Counted from the whole stretch's first letter, positions 1-11,448 are shown. The stretch: DNA of 62,829 nucleotides, filler included, from 11 parts of 11 records of this genome joined end to end with filler, not necessarily neighbours in it, one strand, 5' to 3'. The notes: generated by a model from the sequence alone, not told the origin. Numbers and translations are program-made.

Positions 1-115
1 GGTTCATTTGGCTACAACTAGCTAACATTACATGTACTTGTATTAATTTTTGTTTCTAAACTTGTGCCGTGCCCGGAAATGCACTATGAATCTACTCGTT
101 GCCACTCGTTAGACT

Positions 116-1627
116 TTAGTAGACAAAAGTAGTGATACTATGGGGTGGAAGCATCGTGTGCGCCGTCCCGAGTGCAGGATCAACCAATGTGATTGGAGCC
201 GCAGTGTCTTCTTCATTCATTGCAACCACCACAATTTCCCCCGAGGGGGTTCGCACGGCAGTGGACAGGACGGCATCTGTGTTGTTGTTCAACCCGATGC
301 GAATCGATCCCGGAGGAATGAACCGCGACAGGTGGCCCATGTACCAATAGAATGCCTGTGGGTTTAGCTTTGCATCCTCGTAAATGACCATCGAGTCGGA
401 GCCACACTTGACCAGCTTTTCGCAGCGTCCGCCCGTCGGGTCGGCATGGCTAGGACCTCCGAAGCCGTCGAGCAAGAGATTCCAATCTACAAAGCCCACA
501 GACCAGTTGTTGAGGTCTCCGATAATTTCTCTGCCGTAGTGCTCTCCCCTTCCCCAGTCTGGACTGCCGTATGTCCCCGCTGTCTGTTTGGCAGAAGTCG
601 ACTCAGTAGAGAGCAAAGCGAACTTGGGGAACAGATCATGGGCGGTGGCCAGGTTTGCGAATCCCGCGTTCGCATACCAGTGGAAGGCAGTGCCCCACAC
701 GAACTGAGCCGCGTCGGGGTCGCCGAGGATTTGGTTGACCCAAGTGACGATGTGATCCTTGTTGTGGTCGTAGATGAGCAGCTTGACATCTGGGTGGGCT
801 GCCTTCATCACCGGGCCCAGGTGGCCTTTCAAGAACAGCTTCGCAGTCTCAGGTGTGAAGTGCATTCCCTCGTAGACGATGTTGCCCGTCTGGGCCTCCG
901 GCTCGTTCTGCATCGTGATTGCCCAGATCGGCACGCCGGCTGCTTTGTACGCATCGATGTACTTGCTCAAGTATTCGGCCCACGCTTGCTTGTAGGCGCC
1001 GTTACGGGAGCTCTTAAGCACGCAGCTCCACGGCCCAAGGTCGCAATTCATCCGCCCATTCTGCTTCATCCAGGCGGGAGCTGACCAAGGGCTAGAGATA
1101 AACTTAATGGCAGCGACCTCCTCTGGACGCGTGGTCCTCAGACGCGTGGCCGTCTTGTTGGCAACCTGGAGGGCGCGCCGAATGAAGGGAATGATACGGT
1201 CCTCGTCGTGCGAAATGTTAAAGTGAGTCAGGTTGAAATCATCTGCCACTTGATCGTAGTTGTAGTAATCGAGGGCGAAGTCACACGAGCCGATGGTCAG
1301 CCGGCCCATGGTGTACCGTTGTCCGCTGACCCCAAAGTACATTTCCAGGAGCTGCTCCTGCAGGCTGGCAGGCATCGAGCTGAAGACATACGACGAGGCG
1401 TCGGTGAAGGCCCCTCCGAAACCTTCGATTGTTTGAAACGCCGCCGATCTGTTCACCCAGAGCTCAGTCGCGCCCGCAGGCGTCTCATCCCCCAGAGGCA
1501 CCCACGATATCGGCGCCTTGGGAGACAGGCGATCAGTGGTGTTGCGAGCCGTGAGGGTGACCGCGATGCCGGCACTCTCTGCTGGTACTGCTAGCGCCGC
1601 GAGCGTCATCAGCAGCGCCCCGTGCAT
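116..1627 (-). CDS. Secreted glycoside hydrolase family 30 (glucosylceramidase-like), intronless
   Basis: Signal peptide (MHGALLMTLAALAV...); GH30 motifs FQTIEGFGGAFTDA, SPWSAPAWMK, AITMQNEP (acid/base), AFHWY, LLSTE (nucleophile), VDWNLLLD. Confidence 0.92.
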   Translation of the reverse strand: MHGALLMTLAALAVPAESAGIAVTLTARNTTDRLSPKAPISWVPLGDETPAGATELWVNRSAAFQTIEGFGGAFTDASSYVFSSMPASLQEQLLEMYFGVSGQRYTMGRLTIGSCDFALDYYNYDQVADDFNLTHFNISHDEDRIIPFIRRALQVANKTATRLRTTRPEEVAAIKFISSPWSAPAWMKQNGRMNCDLGPWSCVLKSSRNGAYKQAWAEYLSKYIDAYKAAGVPIWAITMQNEPEAQTGNIVYEGMHFTPETAKLFLKGHLGPVMKAAHPDVKLLIYDHNKDHIVTWVNQILGDPDAAQFVWGTAFHWYANAGFANLATAHDLFPKFALLSTESTSAKQTAGTYGSPDWGRGEHYGREIIGDLNNWSVGFVDWNLLLDGFGGPSHADPTGGRCEKLVKCGSDSMVIYEDAKLNPQAFYWYMGHLSRFIPPGSIRIGLNNNTDAVLSTAVRTPSGEIVVVAMNEEDTAAPITLVDPALGTAHTMLPPHSITTFVY

Positions 1628-1852
1628 ACTGAACACCTATGCGCTGCAAGTGCAGGTCCTTGCTGCAGCACTGAAGGCAGGATGGGGCCGCAGCTGATGC
1701 ACTGCGTTACGATCGGACGGCACTCCGGCCCTCTACGTGTGGCGCAGTAGCTCGACTGATTCCGTTACTGACAGCGGACCAGCCGTCACCAGCGGTGGAG
1801 CGAGCGGTGGGCCGGTCGCGCCAAACCCTCGCCTGGGCCAGAAAGGAGGGCG

Positions 1853-2619
1853 ATGGGCGAAGCGGACGACTCGATGGGCGACTTTGCAGCGACCTGGGCC
1901 CAGTTCTGCGAGAGTGAGCGGCATTTCGAGCTGCCGGGCGGCCAGTTGGCGGTCAGCCAGGACTGGTCGGTCGGGCACGGCGGCACCGTGTACGACGCGG
2001 CCTTGACGGCGGTCAGGCACTGCGTGGGCAAGGGCGAGCCGTTCTGGCGGGCCAAGCGGGTGCTCGAGCTCGGGAGCGGGACAGGAGCGGTTGGGCTGGC
2101 TGCGGCCAAGCTGGGGGCCCGGCCGGTGTGCCTGACCGACGTGCCGGGGCACATGGCGCTGCTCGAGGCCAACGGAAGCGGCCTGGATGGGGTGGACTGG
2201 CAGCCGCTGGTGTGGGGCGAGCCGGTGCCGCCGGGGCTGATTGGGCCGGACGTGCTAATCGGGTGCGATCTGATCTACGCCACCGGGCGGGGCGGGGAGA
2301 GCCACAGCCAGTCGATGCAGCAGGCCGAGCAGGTGCACGCGGCCCTGGCCCGGACGATCGACCAGGCGGCGCTGGAGGGCACGCTGGTGCTGCTGGTGGG
2401 CGAAGGTGCCCCATGGGTGGGGCCGGCTGATCAGGGGCAGTGAGGGAAGGCGGGTGCGCCGGGTACTATGAACGGTTTGTGGGGCGGATGCGAGAGCTTC
2501 GGTTCGAGCTGCTGCACCAGTCGAGCCAGCCGGAGGGCGCGTACGACGCCCAGACCGGCCAGAAGAACCCGGTAGTTGTGTACGAGTTCAAAAGGCGGCC
2601 AAGTCAGGCACCCGGATGA
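1853..2619 (+). CDS. METTL21/family-16-like SAM-dependent protein-lysine methyltransferase; one intron 2406-2440
   Basis: GGTVYDAA, RVLELGSGTGAVG, CLTD, LVWG, LIGCDLIY motifs; removing the 35-nt GT-AG intron gives an open C-terminus ending ...PVVVYEFKRRPSQAPG*. Confidence 0.85.
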
Positions 2620-2948
2620 GCCACAAGCACTAGGCGTGAACGATGAATTGAATTCATGGTTCCTTTCATACGAGTATGGCTGTAATGACTATACATGTAT
2701 TCCTTGGCAAGAACAGACGTTTGCGAATAGCTAATTCCTGCCTAATTCGTGAGATAGTCGAGTCTGACGGCAGAACTCATGCAGAACTCGGCCAGCTACA
2801 ATCCGTACTATCATGATTGTATCGGCCAACTCGGCAATATTTTCGCAGCGACACAACAAAAGTGGAGCGACACAACTGAGGAGTGGCACGCGATCGGCAC
2901 GCGGGCGGCACTCAGCTCGCAGCGTGATAACGGAAGAAGAGTGAAGAC

Positions 2949-3942
2949 ATGGTCAGCGACTCAGCGAAGCTGCGAAAGCGGCGGGCTGAGGCGGGGGCGG
3001 CAGATCCGGCTGTCCTCCTCGCAGCGCGACCGGATCCACGAGCTGCTCGGCTTCGTCCCAGGGATCAGGTCCGGCCGCGCGCCGCTCCCGGCCCGAGCCG
3101 CGGGCAGCCCCGAGGCGGCGGTCAAGCTGCTCCGGGCCTGCAGCTGGAAGATCGACGTGCGCCCGGCCCAGCCCTATGGGCCAGCCGGGCCAGGTGGCGC
3201 TCAACGAGTTCTACGACAACCCGTCGGCCTACGGACCGAGCGTCGACATGGAGGCCATACAGGCCGAGTTTAATAAATACGCCGGTGGCCAGCCGGGCTG
3301 GCGGCGGCAGAGTCCGGGGGACAGAGGAGGGGGGCGAGATGATCACGATGGACAAGTGCCTGGAGATGCACGACGTGGTCGGGGTGGCGGATGGGCCGGG
3401 CCGGGGCCGGAGTCGGACCAGGTGAGCGGTACCGACCTACAGACGCTGGTCTTCTATTTCCAGTTCCGGTGCCAGGTGCAGGGCGCAGTCAGCCACGAGG
3501 AATTCGTGCGCGGGCTGGTCCGGAACGAGTGCCCGAGCCGGCCGGGGTCTGGGTTAGGTTGGGCAGGTGCGAGAGCCTCGAGGCGCTGGGTGAGCTGCTG
3601 CCTGAGCTGACGGAGCAAGTCACGTCCAACCCTGCGCTGTTCAAGCAGTTTTATGGCTTCTGCTGGGAGTTCGCCCGGGAGGTGCAGACGGCCAAGATGC
3701 TCGGGACGGAGGAGGCGATCCAGACCTGGGAGCTGGTGCTCGAGGGCGTGTGGGAGCAGCTCGGGCTTTGGTTTGAGTTTGTGAATGAGACTGCGCCCAA
3801 GGGGATCACTAAGGACCAGTGGAACCTGCTGCTCGACTTCATCCGGCAGGTCAAGCCGGACATGAGCGACTACGACGAGGACGGGGCCTGGCCGTGCTTA
3901 ATAGACGACTTCGTAGATTGGGCCAGACCCAAGCTAGCCTAG
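2949..3942 (+). CDS. DCN1: DCN1-like cullin neddylation E3 (UBA-like + PONY domain); 6 introns
   Basis: Introns 2952-3003, 3069-3107, 3157-3193, 3285-3324, 3384-3421, 3529-3566 join frames into ...AVKLLRACSWKIDVALNEFY...FKQFYGFCWEFAR...GITKDQWNLLLDF...YDEDGAWPCLIDDFVDW. Confidence 0.92.
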
Positions 3943-4044
3943 TTGTCAGTCTCGTCTAGCGCATTGTTCTTTGCAATTATAAGTAATAAATGTAATTCGG
4001 TTTTATTGGAGCACACAGTTGGACCCGGCCGCCGCGTGCTGGCC

Positions 4045-4144
4045 NNNNNNNNNNNNNNNNNNNNNNNNNNNNNNNNNNNNNNNNNNNNTTAATTAATTAA
4101 NNNNNNNNNNNNNNNNNNNNNNNNNNNNNNNNNNNNNNNNNNNN
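4045..4144. other. Artificial contig spacer (44N-TTAATTAATTAA-44N)
   Basis: Identical 100-nt six-frame-stop linker also at 8478-8577, 12883-12982, 17990-18089, 27466-27565, 30605-30704, 40714-40813, 44404-44503, 54382-54481, 58976-59075. Confidence 0.99.
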
Positions 4145-4159
4145 TGTGTGTGTGTAGGG

Positions 4160-4526
4160 AATTGTTCGAGACCGAGCCAATCGAAGGTTGCGAGGAGTCA
4201 TGGCAGGAAAGCGGCAGGATAGCCTCAAGCGGGACAAAGAAATGACCTTGGCACAAACCAAAGAAGACGCGGCTAGGGCAAAATGCGCACAAGACCGTAG
4301 GTCCTTGAGAATAAGAGAAACTCGAATCAAGGAAGCTATGGATCAGGCAAGCCACTTTAGGCAGCAAATTAATGAACGGATCAAAGGTCACTTTGGCCTC
4401 ACCAGCCATGCCGATCCTAGCATGCTCCCCAAGCTGCCGCTGAGGCACTCAGAACATGTCTTTAGAGAAAGTCTTCGGCACGATCAGGTCAAACACTTTC
4501 TAGAGCCAATGACCTGGCGAATATAA
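4160..4526 (+). CDS. 3' fragment of hypothetical coiled-coil protein (5' truncated)
   Basis: Open frame from the contig start after a TGTAG acceptor-like site; charged helical sequence followed by AT-rich 3' region. Confidence 0.5.
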
Positions 4527-4839
4527 ATTAATTGTACCACGATAAAATTGTACTAGTACCACGATAAGCTGCAGATACGAATACAAATACGTAAGGAATG
4601 TACGTGTGTTTAAAATTGGAAGCGACGTCGACCCTGATTCAGAGTTCGAATTCCATCTTAATTAAAGTGACACTTAGCTATACAGTCTAGTTCTAATCTA
4701 GATGAAAGGTTCCAATCATAATAATAAAACAAACTCAGGCATGGCGACTGGGCGCATACACAAGATCATGTTACCTTAACTGAAGGTTCACCTCCAGCTC
4801 ATCGTAAGCTCATCGACAATCAGAACGGACTGTCTAAGC

Positions 4840-6521
4840 TTACACCCTCAGCCGAGGCGTTGCAAGGACGGCCTCGGAGGTGGTGTAAATACTGCTCATG
4901 GCGAATGATGTGGCATTCAGGAGTCTCACGGGTACTGTTCCAGTTGCTGTGACCGCCATGTTGTCGAGTGAGGTACCGGCAGGAATCTCAAACGTCATTG
5001 CAACACGGCCTTCTTGCCAATAGGCTTCTCCAACAGTGCCATCGACAAAGATGCGCATTGAAACATGCTCGTCTTGGGCAAGAAGCGGAAGATCATCCGT
5101 GCCACCACCAGAGGCACCAACGCTCACTCTATACACGTCAGAATCGTTGGAAGGCACATAGTTGATGTACACAGAGCTCTTTCCGAACGAGACAGTAATG
5201 TCAGTTGCAGCTGCAGGCTTCTCAAAGAAGAGTTCAGTGTCCGATGCGCTCGAGATCGGCAGCTTGGCCACTGGGAGGGTGCTGGCTGGAAGAGAGGCGA
5301 GCTGCGTAGTGTGGAGTTGATCCATTTCGTCGACTGGAGTGTACACAATCTGTTTGATTCCAGGGTGGTAAGTCATTTGGCGTGGGATCGTCTGGATCCC
5401 GCTCGGTACGGTCCCCCAAACCCACATGATCCGCCGGTTCTTGATTGGGTCGTGAAAGTCCTTACTGGCGTGTGTCTTGCCTTTGTCCAGCTTGACGCTC
5501 GCTGAGCCAGGGGTTTGGACCCAGGTTCCGACCGTGCCCTTGCCCTGAGGCCCTGGTTGGCCGTCAGTCCACTGACCAACCTGGCACTGGTCGCCCCCGG
5601 GCCCGCCAGACTTATGCACGTGAGTAGGAAGCGCCCCATGACTCTCGACGAATGATTCACTGCCGGGAGTGAGTGCTGGCAAAGGGAAGAATGTGGGGCA
5701 GTCGCCGGCCATCAGCGTTGTGCACCCGATCTTGTACCACTCTACAAAGTCCATAGAGCCGTACATTGGATTGCCGCCTTCCGGGGGGCAGCCCTGGTTC
5801 CCAATGATCCGCCACTCTCCGGCCGCGGTCTTCCAGGCCGTGCTAGGGTCGTCTCCGGTGTTGTTCAGTACTGGGTTGCTCAGCTGCTTGCCCCCGATCG
5901 AGCCGGACTTGCTCCACTTGGTGTAGAGAGGGTCCGATGCATTCTCAGGCACCACCACCACGTACGTGGAGCCGCCGTGCCCGTCGTTGCAGCCCGGTCC
6001 GCCGCCGGGGCCGTCTCCTCCGTTACACATCCCGGGGTACATGATCACAGGTTTACCGTCCACGATGGTGGCCGAGCCGGTGTAGATGGCCACATTGTCA
6101 TAATACTGATCGTTCCAGATGGCCACCGGGAGCCGCGCCCACTTGACGAAGTCCCGAGAAACCCAATGCCCCCAATCCGGGCCGTTACCGGCTCCGTTCA
6201 TGTCGAGTGCAATATGGATCTGGTAGAAGTTATGGTAGACGCCGTGCACCGGGTCGTAAAATGGCCCGTTCGGGTCGTTGATGTCTGCAGCAGCCGGTGA
6301 GAAGGCAAGCAGCCGGAGGCGGCACCGCAGCTCGGGTCGGCCAGGTGAAAAGTATACTTTGGCGGGCTGCCGATGCACTGCTGATTGGTCGGGGTGCAAG
6401 GCCCACCGGTGCAGTTGACGCACCGCCGCCAGCCGCAGCCCTCCAGCCCGCTGGCGGTCGCCGCGCAGAGGAGGAGGCCAACGATCGCGAGGGTCACTGA
6501 AGATGTGGAGTGGCACGCCAT
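4840..6521 (-). CDS. Secreted glycoside hydrolase family 32 (beta-fructofuranosidase-like); intron 6285-6325
   Basis: Signal peptide MACHSTSSVTLAIVGLLLCAA; after splicing FHLADPSCDINDPNGPFY...YHNFYQ...WGHWVSRDFVKW...IYTGSAT...ASKDFHDP...RRIMWVW. Confidence 0.9.
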
Positions 6522-6599
6522 GAGTCCAGGGCTCTTGAGTGTGGCGGGCTCCCGGCCTTGTTGATGTAACGAACTTTCATCTGCCAGTGTGTACCGGGC

Positions 6600-7752
6600 A
6601 TGAGCGGTGATCGGAGCGGCTGGTGTCGGCTGGACGACCAAGGCGCCGAGCTCCAGCCCACGCTGCCAGCTGCTCCGGCTCCCAGGACCTCCGACTGCGC
6701 TGCCCCGCTCCGGCTGGACACGCGCTTCACAGTGGCATCGCTGAGCGAGATCGACACCCTGCGCCAGTCGTTTCACGCCGAGATATACGTGGAGAGCCGG
6801 GTGGTGGGCGCGGCCGAGGCGCAGGTGCCGTTGGAGCTGGATCTGGAGCTCGATTTCATCAATAAAGCCGGCTCGCTGGACGATCTGGTCCCGGCCACGC
6901 TCCGCCGGGACGGGGACGACCTGCTGTTCACCTGGCGGCTGATCGGCACCTTCACGGCCGAGATGAACCTGCACAGCTTTCCGTTTGACCACCAGCAGTG
7001 CGAGCTGCTCTTCACTAGCAACCTGCCGTTCCGGAACGGCCCTCGAGTGCCGTCTCCAAAACAGGAAGTCCACCTCCGGGCCGAAGCTGATCGATGCGTC
7101 TTCATGCACAAGGGGTTTGTCGGGAAGAACGTGTTTCAGTTCCAGCGGCTCGATGTTTCTGAGGATTACTCGGATGTGAGCGAGAGTGGCAGCGGGAACA
7201 TCTACGGCAGGATTCCGGTGGTGATCCACTTGCGGAGGAGAGCTGGGTGGTACTTTTGGAATGTCATCTTTCCTACAGGTTTCCTATTGTGCAGCGTTGC
7301 TGACATGGCTGCGTGCAGGCTGCATGACAGCCCTGGCTGGGGCCTCGTTCGCGGTTCCAATCATCGACATTGGCGACAGGCTGGGTGTGGTGCTGACCGT
7401 AATGCTCACCACAGCCGCTTACAAGATTGTGGTAGCGAGCAAAATCCCGGATATCCCCTACCTCACGCTGCTCGACAAGTATGTTGTGGGCTCATTTGTC
7501 CTCCAAGTGTTTGCGCTCATCTTGACTGTCGTGCTCTACTTGTGCAGGCACATGTTTGGTGAGGAGAATTCAAGAGCAGTCGACATATGCGGTGAGCGAG
7601 TGCACAAGGCAGCGTCGCTGACATGGTTGCGTGCAGGCTGCTCCTTCTTTTACCTTGTTTGCATTCTCTTCAATGCAGTTTGGAAGCGAGCAGCCACGTC
7701 TGCACTTCCGGAAGTAGTCTCGCTAATCGAAGAACTGAGAAGTAGTCTCTAG
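6600..7752 (+). CDS. Cys-less pentameric ligand-gated ion channel (pLGIC) subunit; introns 7279-7318 and probably 7592-7636
   Basis: SLSEIDTLRQSF, EMNLHSFPFDHQQC (Pro-loop), LRRRAGWYFWNVIFP (pre-M1), DRLGVVLTVMLT (M2), PDIPYLTLLDKY (M2-M3). Confidence 0.85.
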
Positions 7753-7906
7753 ATATAGAATGGACCAATCTGCGCTAGAATAGCTAAGCTTATACAATAT
7801 CTACTCGTACATGTAATGTTAGAATAATGTTGTCAGATGTTCTTTCACCGCAATCTAAAGTTCCTAGATCAGTTATTATACTATAATTATGAATTCTCGA
7901 GAGGCA

Positions 7907-8477
7907 TTACCCGTACATTGCTTTCTTGCGCATCTTTCGGTCCATTGCTGAGCCAGGCCGATAGCCAACACTGCGGCCTGGGGACTCCATTTGGCCGGGG
8001 GAATCGTCCCCAAACACAATACTTGAGCGCCAGCGGGATTGTTGGAGCCGCGATTCGGCAAGCTGGCGAGTCTCGTCCGCCCTCCTACACTGCTCGGCTA
8101 GCATCAGCTGCTGCCGGGTCGGTTCCAAGCTGTGCTCTGGCTCGGGTGGCTGTTCGATGCTGATTTGCGACTGCTGAACCGGCTCTGGTGTCCATTCGGC
8201 CGCAGGCTCAGGTGCAGGAGCAGGGACAGCCTGTTCCACCCATCTATGCGCAGGCTCGGGTGCGGGCTCGGGCGGCAGGTGCAGGCTCGGGTGGTGCCAC
8301 TGGGTCCGTCCATCTATATTTGAATAGTACGTCATCCCGGAATCAGGCTCCAGATTGGAAGACCAGCCCTCTGGCAGCCGTGGCAGCGCTGGTGGTGGCA
8401 GCGGCGCTCGTGCCACCGGCTCTGGCGCTCGTGCCACCGGTTCCGGTGACATCTCTTGCCTCTCTCGCGGCCTTCGC
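7907..8477 (-). CDS. WW-domain, proline-rich protein (5' truncated)
   Basis: LPEGWSSNLEPDSGMTYYSNIDGRTQWHHP WW motif; frame open to the contig edge. Confidence 0.7.
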
Positions 8478-8878
8478 NNNNNNNNNNNNNNNNNNNNNNN
8501 NNNNNNNNNNNNNNNNNNNNNTTAATTAATTAANNNNNNNNNNNNNNNNNNNNNNNNNNNNNNNNNNNNNNNNNNNNCTGCAAGCTCCGTTCCGGCTGCG
8601 CTGGACAAGCGGTCTACAAGCGGTCTGGTGCAGTCTTTCGAAATTCGACTAAATTGCGAATGATCAAGTGCTCAATCGCTCAATCTATAGATACTAGAGC
8701 AACTACCTTTATTATATATGTATGTACGTACAGTGCATGTCCGTATAGCTCTAGAGGGCGCTCGAGGGCGTGCACTTGCCAAACAAGAAACCACGACGTC
8801 GACGATACAATCATGCACAAAGTGGAGATTACGTCGACAACGTAAAACTGAGCGCGGACATGGACTATTCTTGGCTAG

Positions 8879-11448
8879 TTAGTCCATGCGCTCGTTCAGG
8901 TCAGCGAGCGTTTCATCCGCACTCTCACCCTCTTGCACAAACCTCCAAGCTTTGATCACCGACTTGCGACACATGAGCAAGTTTACCTTGAGCTGCCGCA
9001 GGCTGTTATCAGCTGGTCCAAGGGTATGTTCCAGCGTTTCTGGATGGTAATGTAGTAGTGTAGCAAGATACCAGTAGTCTTCGCCTGCTTTCCCCAGCCG
9101 GAAAAACAACTGCTTGCCGACGATTTCTTGCCCCCACCCGAGTGACTCGCGGTCAACTGGCGGTGGGTCGATCAGGGTTGACTCAAACTCCTCGAGCGGC
9201 AAAAGCATGCACTCGCTGTTGATGCTAGACCACTCGCAATCCGGGATCGTGTCCCTGGGCCAGCGCAAGAAAAAATCGCTGGGAGCCGTGCCCCGCCGAG
9301 CAACGGGACCAGCCCCAATCACGCCGCAGTGCCCGTACAGTACTGGGGGTTCTAGTACTGTTTCGTCGTCATCGTCAACCGCAACGAGTCGCACGAGGTA
9401 GGCACTGTCCTTGAGTTCAAGCAGGCGCCTCAGGTACCCCTTTGGCAAACCGTCCGGTGAATCGGGCCGATCTGGCTCCGATTGATGGGACAGCACCTCT
9501 GCATCCGCTCCGATGGCGTCTGCAATCCGGCCAGCCTCGCGCAGGCCACTCAGTATAGCTCCGTGCATTGTGGCTGGGTGCTGGCTAGTGGTGTGCTCTC
9601 CCGCAAAGAACAGCCGTGTATCGTCACTGGGCTTGGCCAATTCATCGTGCACATTGCCGGTGCAGCCCACAGCCATGTAAGAGTAGCTCCCTCGGCTCCA
9701 TTTGTGCTGTCGCCAGCGCGTCATGTATGTGTGGCTTGGATCCGGTGCCTGCAGTCCTCAGCTCAGACCAGACAAGCAAAGCCCGTTGACCGTCGGGAAT
9801 GTGGCCCGCAACTTGCTCATCGCGTGGCTGCATAGCTCGGACTCGGTCTGTTGCTCGCCCCACTCGGCGCCCTTGCCTGGGTTAGGGTTAGGGTTAGGGT
9901 TAGCGACACTTGCCTGACATCAGAGCAACCAGCACAAATCCACCTGCCACAGGCGACACATCCCACCACTGCATTGCCACCCCTGGCAACACGTCCGCTG
10001 TCACAATCCCGAAGAAGTCGCTGTCCTCCGACCAGAATCGCCGTTCAAACCTCAGCACCAGCTTGTTCACCAGCCCAAACCCGAGCCGGTCAATCGCATC
10101 CAGTTTGGACTTTGCCAGCCCGGGCGAGAACTGGAGCTTGCCCGTCTTGAGCACCCCTAGAGGCGCTGTGCACAAGACGGCTGCGCCAGAGTATTCCTGG
10201 CCATCAGCAGTCCGGACCGTGGCGCCGTCCGAGCGGTGCGCGATTTCAGTAACGATTGCACCACACACCACAGTGCCCTTGAACAGCCCTCGGAGCGTCT
10301 GTACAAACTGAGCCGTGCCGCCGGTGATCCAGGCATGCTCCCCGGGAAACCCGTGCTGGCTGTCCATATCCCAGTAGCGGGCAGAGCTACACTCGAGCGG
10401 CGCGCCGTTGCCATACTCGATGCTGCAACCGGAGTCAGCACCTAGGTCAGCTGGAAGGCGCGTACTTTGACAAGTGCCATGCAAGCACTCGACGCTCGGG
10501 CTCCGGGGCACGCAGCTTGTCCAGCTCGCCATTCACCGCCTCTGCCAAAGACAGCTGGTCCGAGGCCGACTTCTGCTCACGGGCGAGCCTCTCCATCAGC
10601 CTGTCGAGCAGCCGCTCCGTCTGACTGTCGAGGTCCTGAGGCACTGGCTCACTGTCCTGATACAACGGGCAGCGTGTGTGCCGCAATCGATGGAGCGCCA
10701 GCCGTTGCTGGACCGTCAGCTGGACAAGTGGGTTCTGGTCTACTCCAGTCACCACCGCAGCGCCTGCGTCCACACTGCAGCCATCCCCAAGCGCAGCTGA
10801 GCGAACCCGACCTCCGAGAATCTGATCAGCCTCAAGCAATACTGTGTCCACTCCAAAGCTCTGCAGGTGCACCGCCGCGGCCAGCCCAGCCAACCCTCCG
10901 CCGACCACCACACAGCGCGTCGGCCCGGATCTCACCGCGGAGGTCAGCCCGAAGTTGATTAGGCCAAGCCGGCTGAGCACACCGAGCTGTCCACCGGCTC
11001 GCTCGGAGCAGTCAAGCCGGGCACACCGCGACTGACAGCACTGGCCGGTGTCGCTCCTGGATCCGTCGGGCCACCCGAGCCTCTGTTAGCCGAATCCTGC
11101 CGCCCGGCTGTCAAACCAACCCGGTGGCCTGTACCACCGCGGCGAATCCCACCACATGCGGAGCACCACATTGCGCACGCTGGCATAGACAGCCGCTCCG
11201 GGTCGGACAGTCAGCGGCTGGGTGGCTGGGTCGCGTTGCAGGATCGCCAACTCGGCCGGGCCCGGGGCATGCTGCGGCAGCCCGAGGTTGTAGGCCACTG
11301 TCCGCTCGCGTTGATCTAGCGTCTCCGCATCCTCCTCCGATGAGTGGGCCGAATCCTCTCCGGGCGGCGGCCCGACCGCCTTCCGCTTCCTGCCCGATCG
11401 CCGCTCGGGCACACGACTTGCCAACGCCGTATCAGTGGCTCCTGGCAT
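8879..11448 (-). CDS. KDM1: LSD1/KDM1-like histone demethylase (SWIRM + FAD amine oxidase + C-terminal Tudor-like region); 5 introns
   Basis: SWIRM-like [13 protein letters not shown] and [74 protein letters not shown]; introns 9749-9790, 9877-9913, 10423-10465, 10987-11026, 11097-11137. Confidence 0.9.
9879..9903 (+). repeat. Interstitial telomeric repeat (GGGTTA)4 inside a KDM1 intron
   Basis: GGGTTAGGGTTAGGGTTAGGGTTAG read directly. Confidence 0.95.

Noticed and set aside
3551-3563. GGGTTAGGTTGGG telomere-like sequence in a DCN1 intron
   Set aside because: Only about 1.5 degenerate units on the G-strand; compatible with chance.
116-3942. Alternative genetic code or stop-codon readthrough
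   Set aside because: TAA, TAG and TGA each terminate conserved genes, and the internal stops fall inside inferred introns.
4045-4144. TTAATTAATTAA palindrome repeated ten times within N runs
   Set aside because: Artificial six-frame-stop linker. Adjacent contigs are not necessarily neighbours, so no cross-contig gene clusters were inferred.
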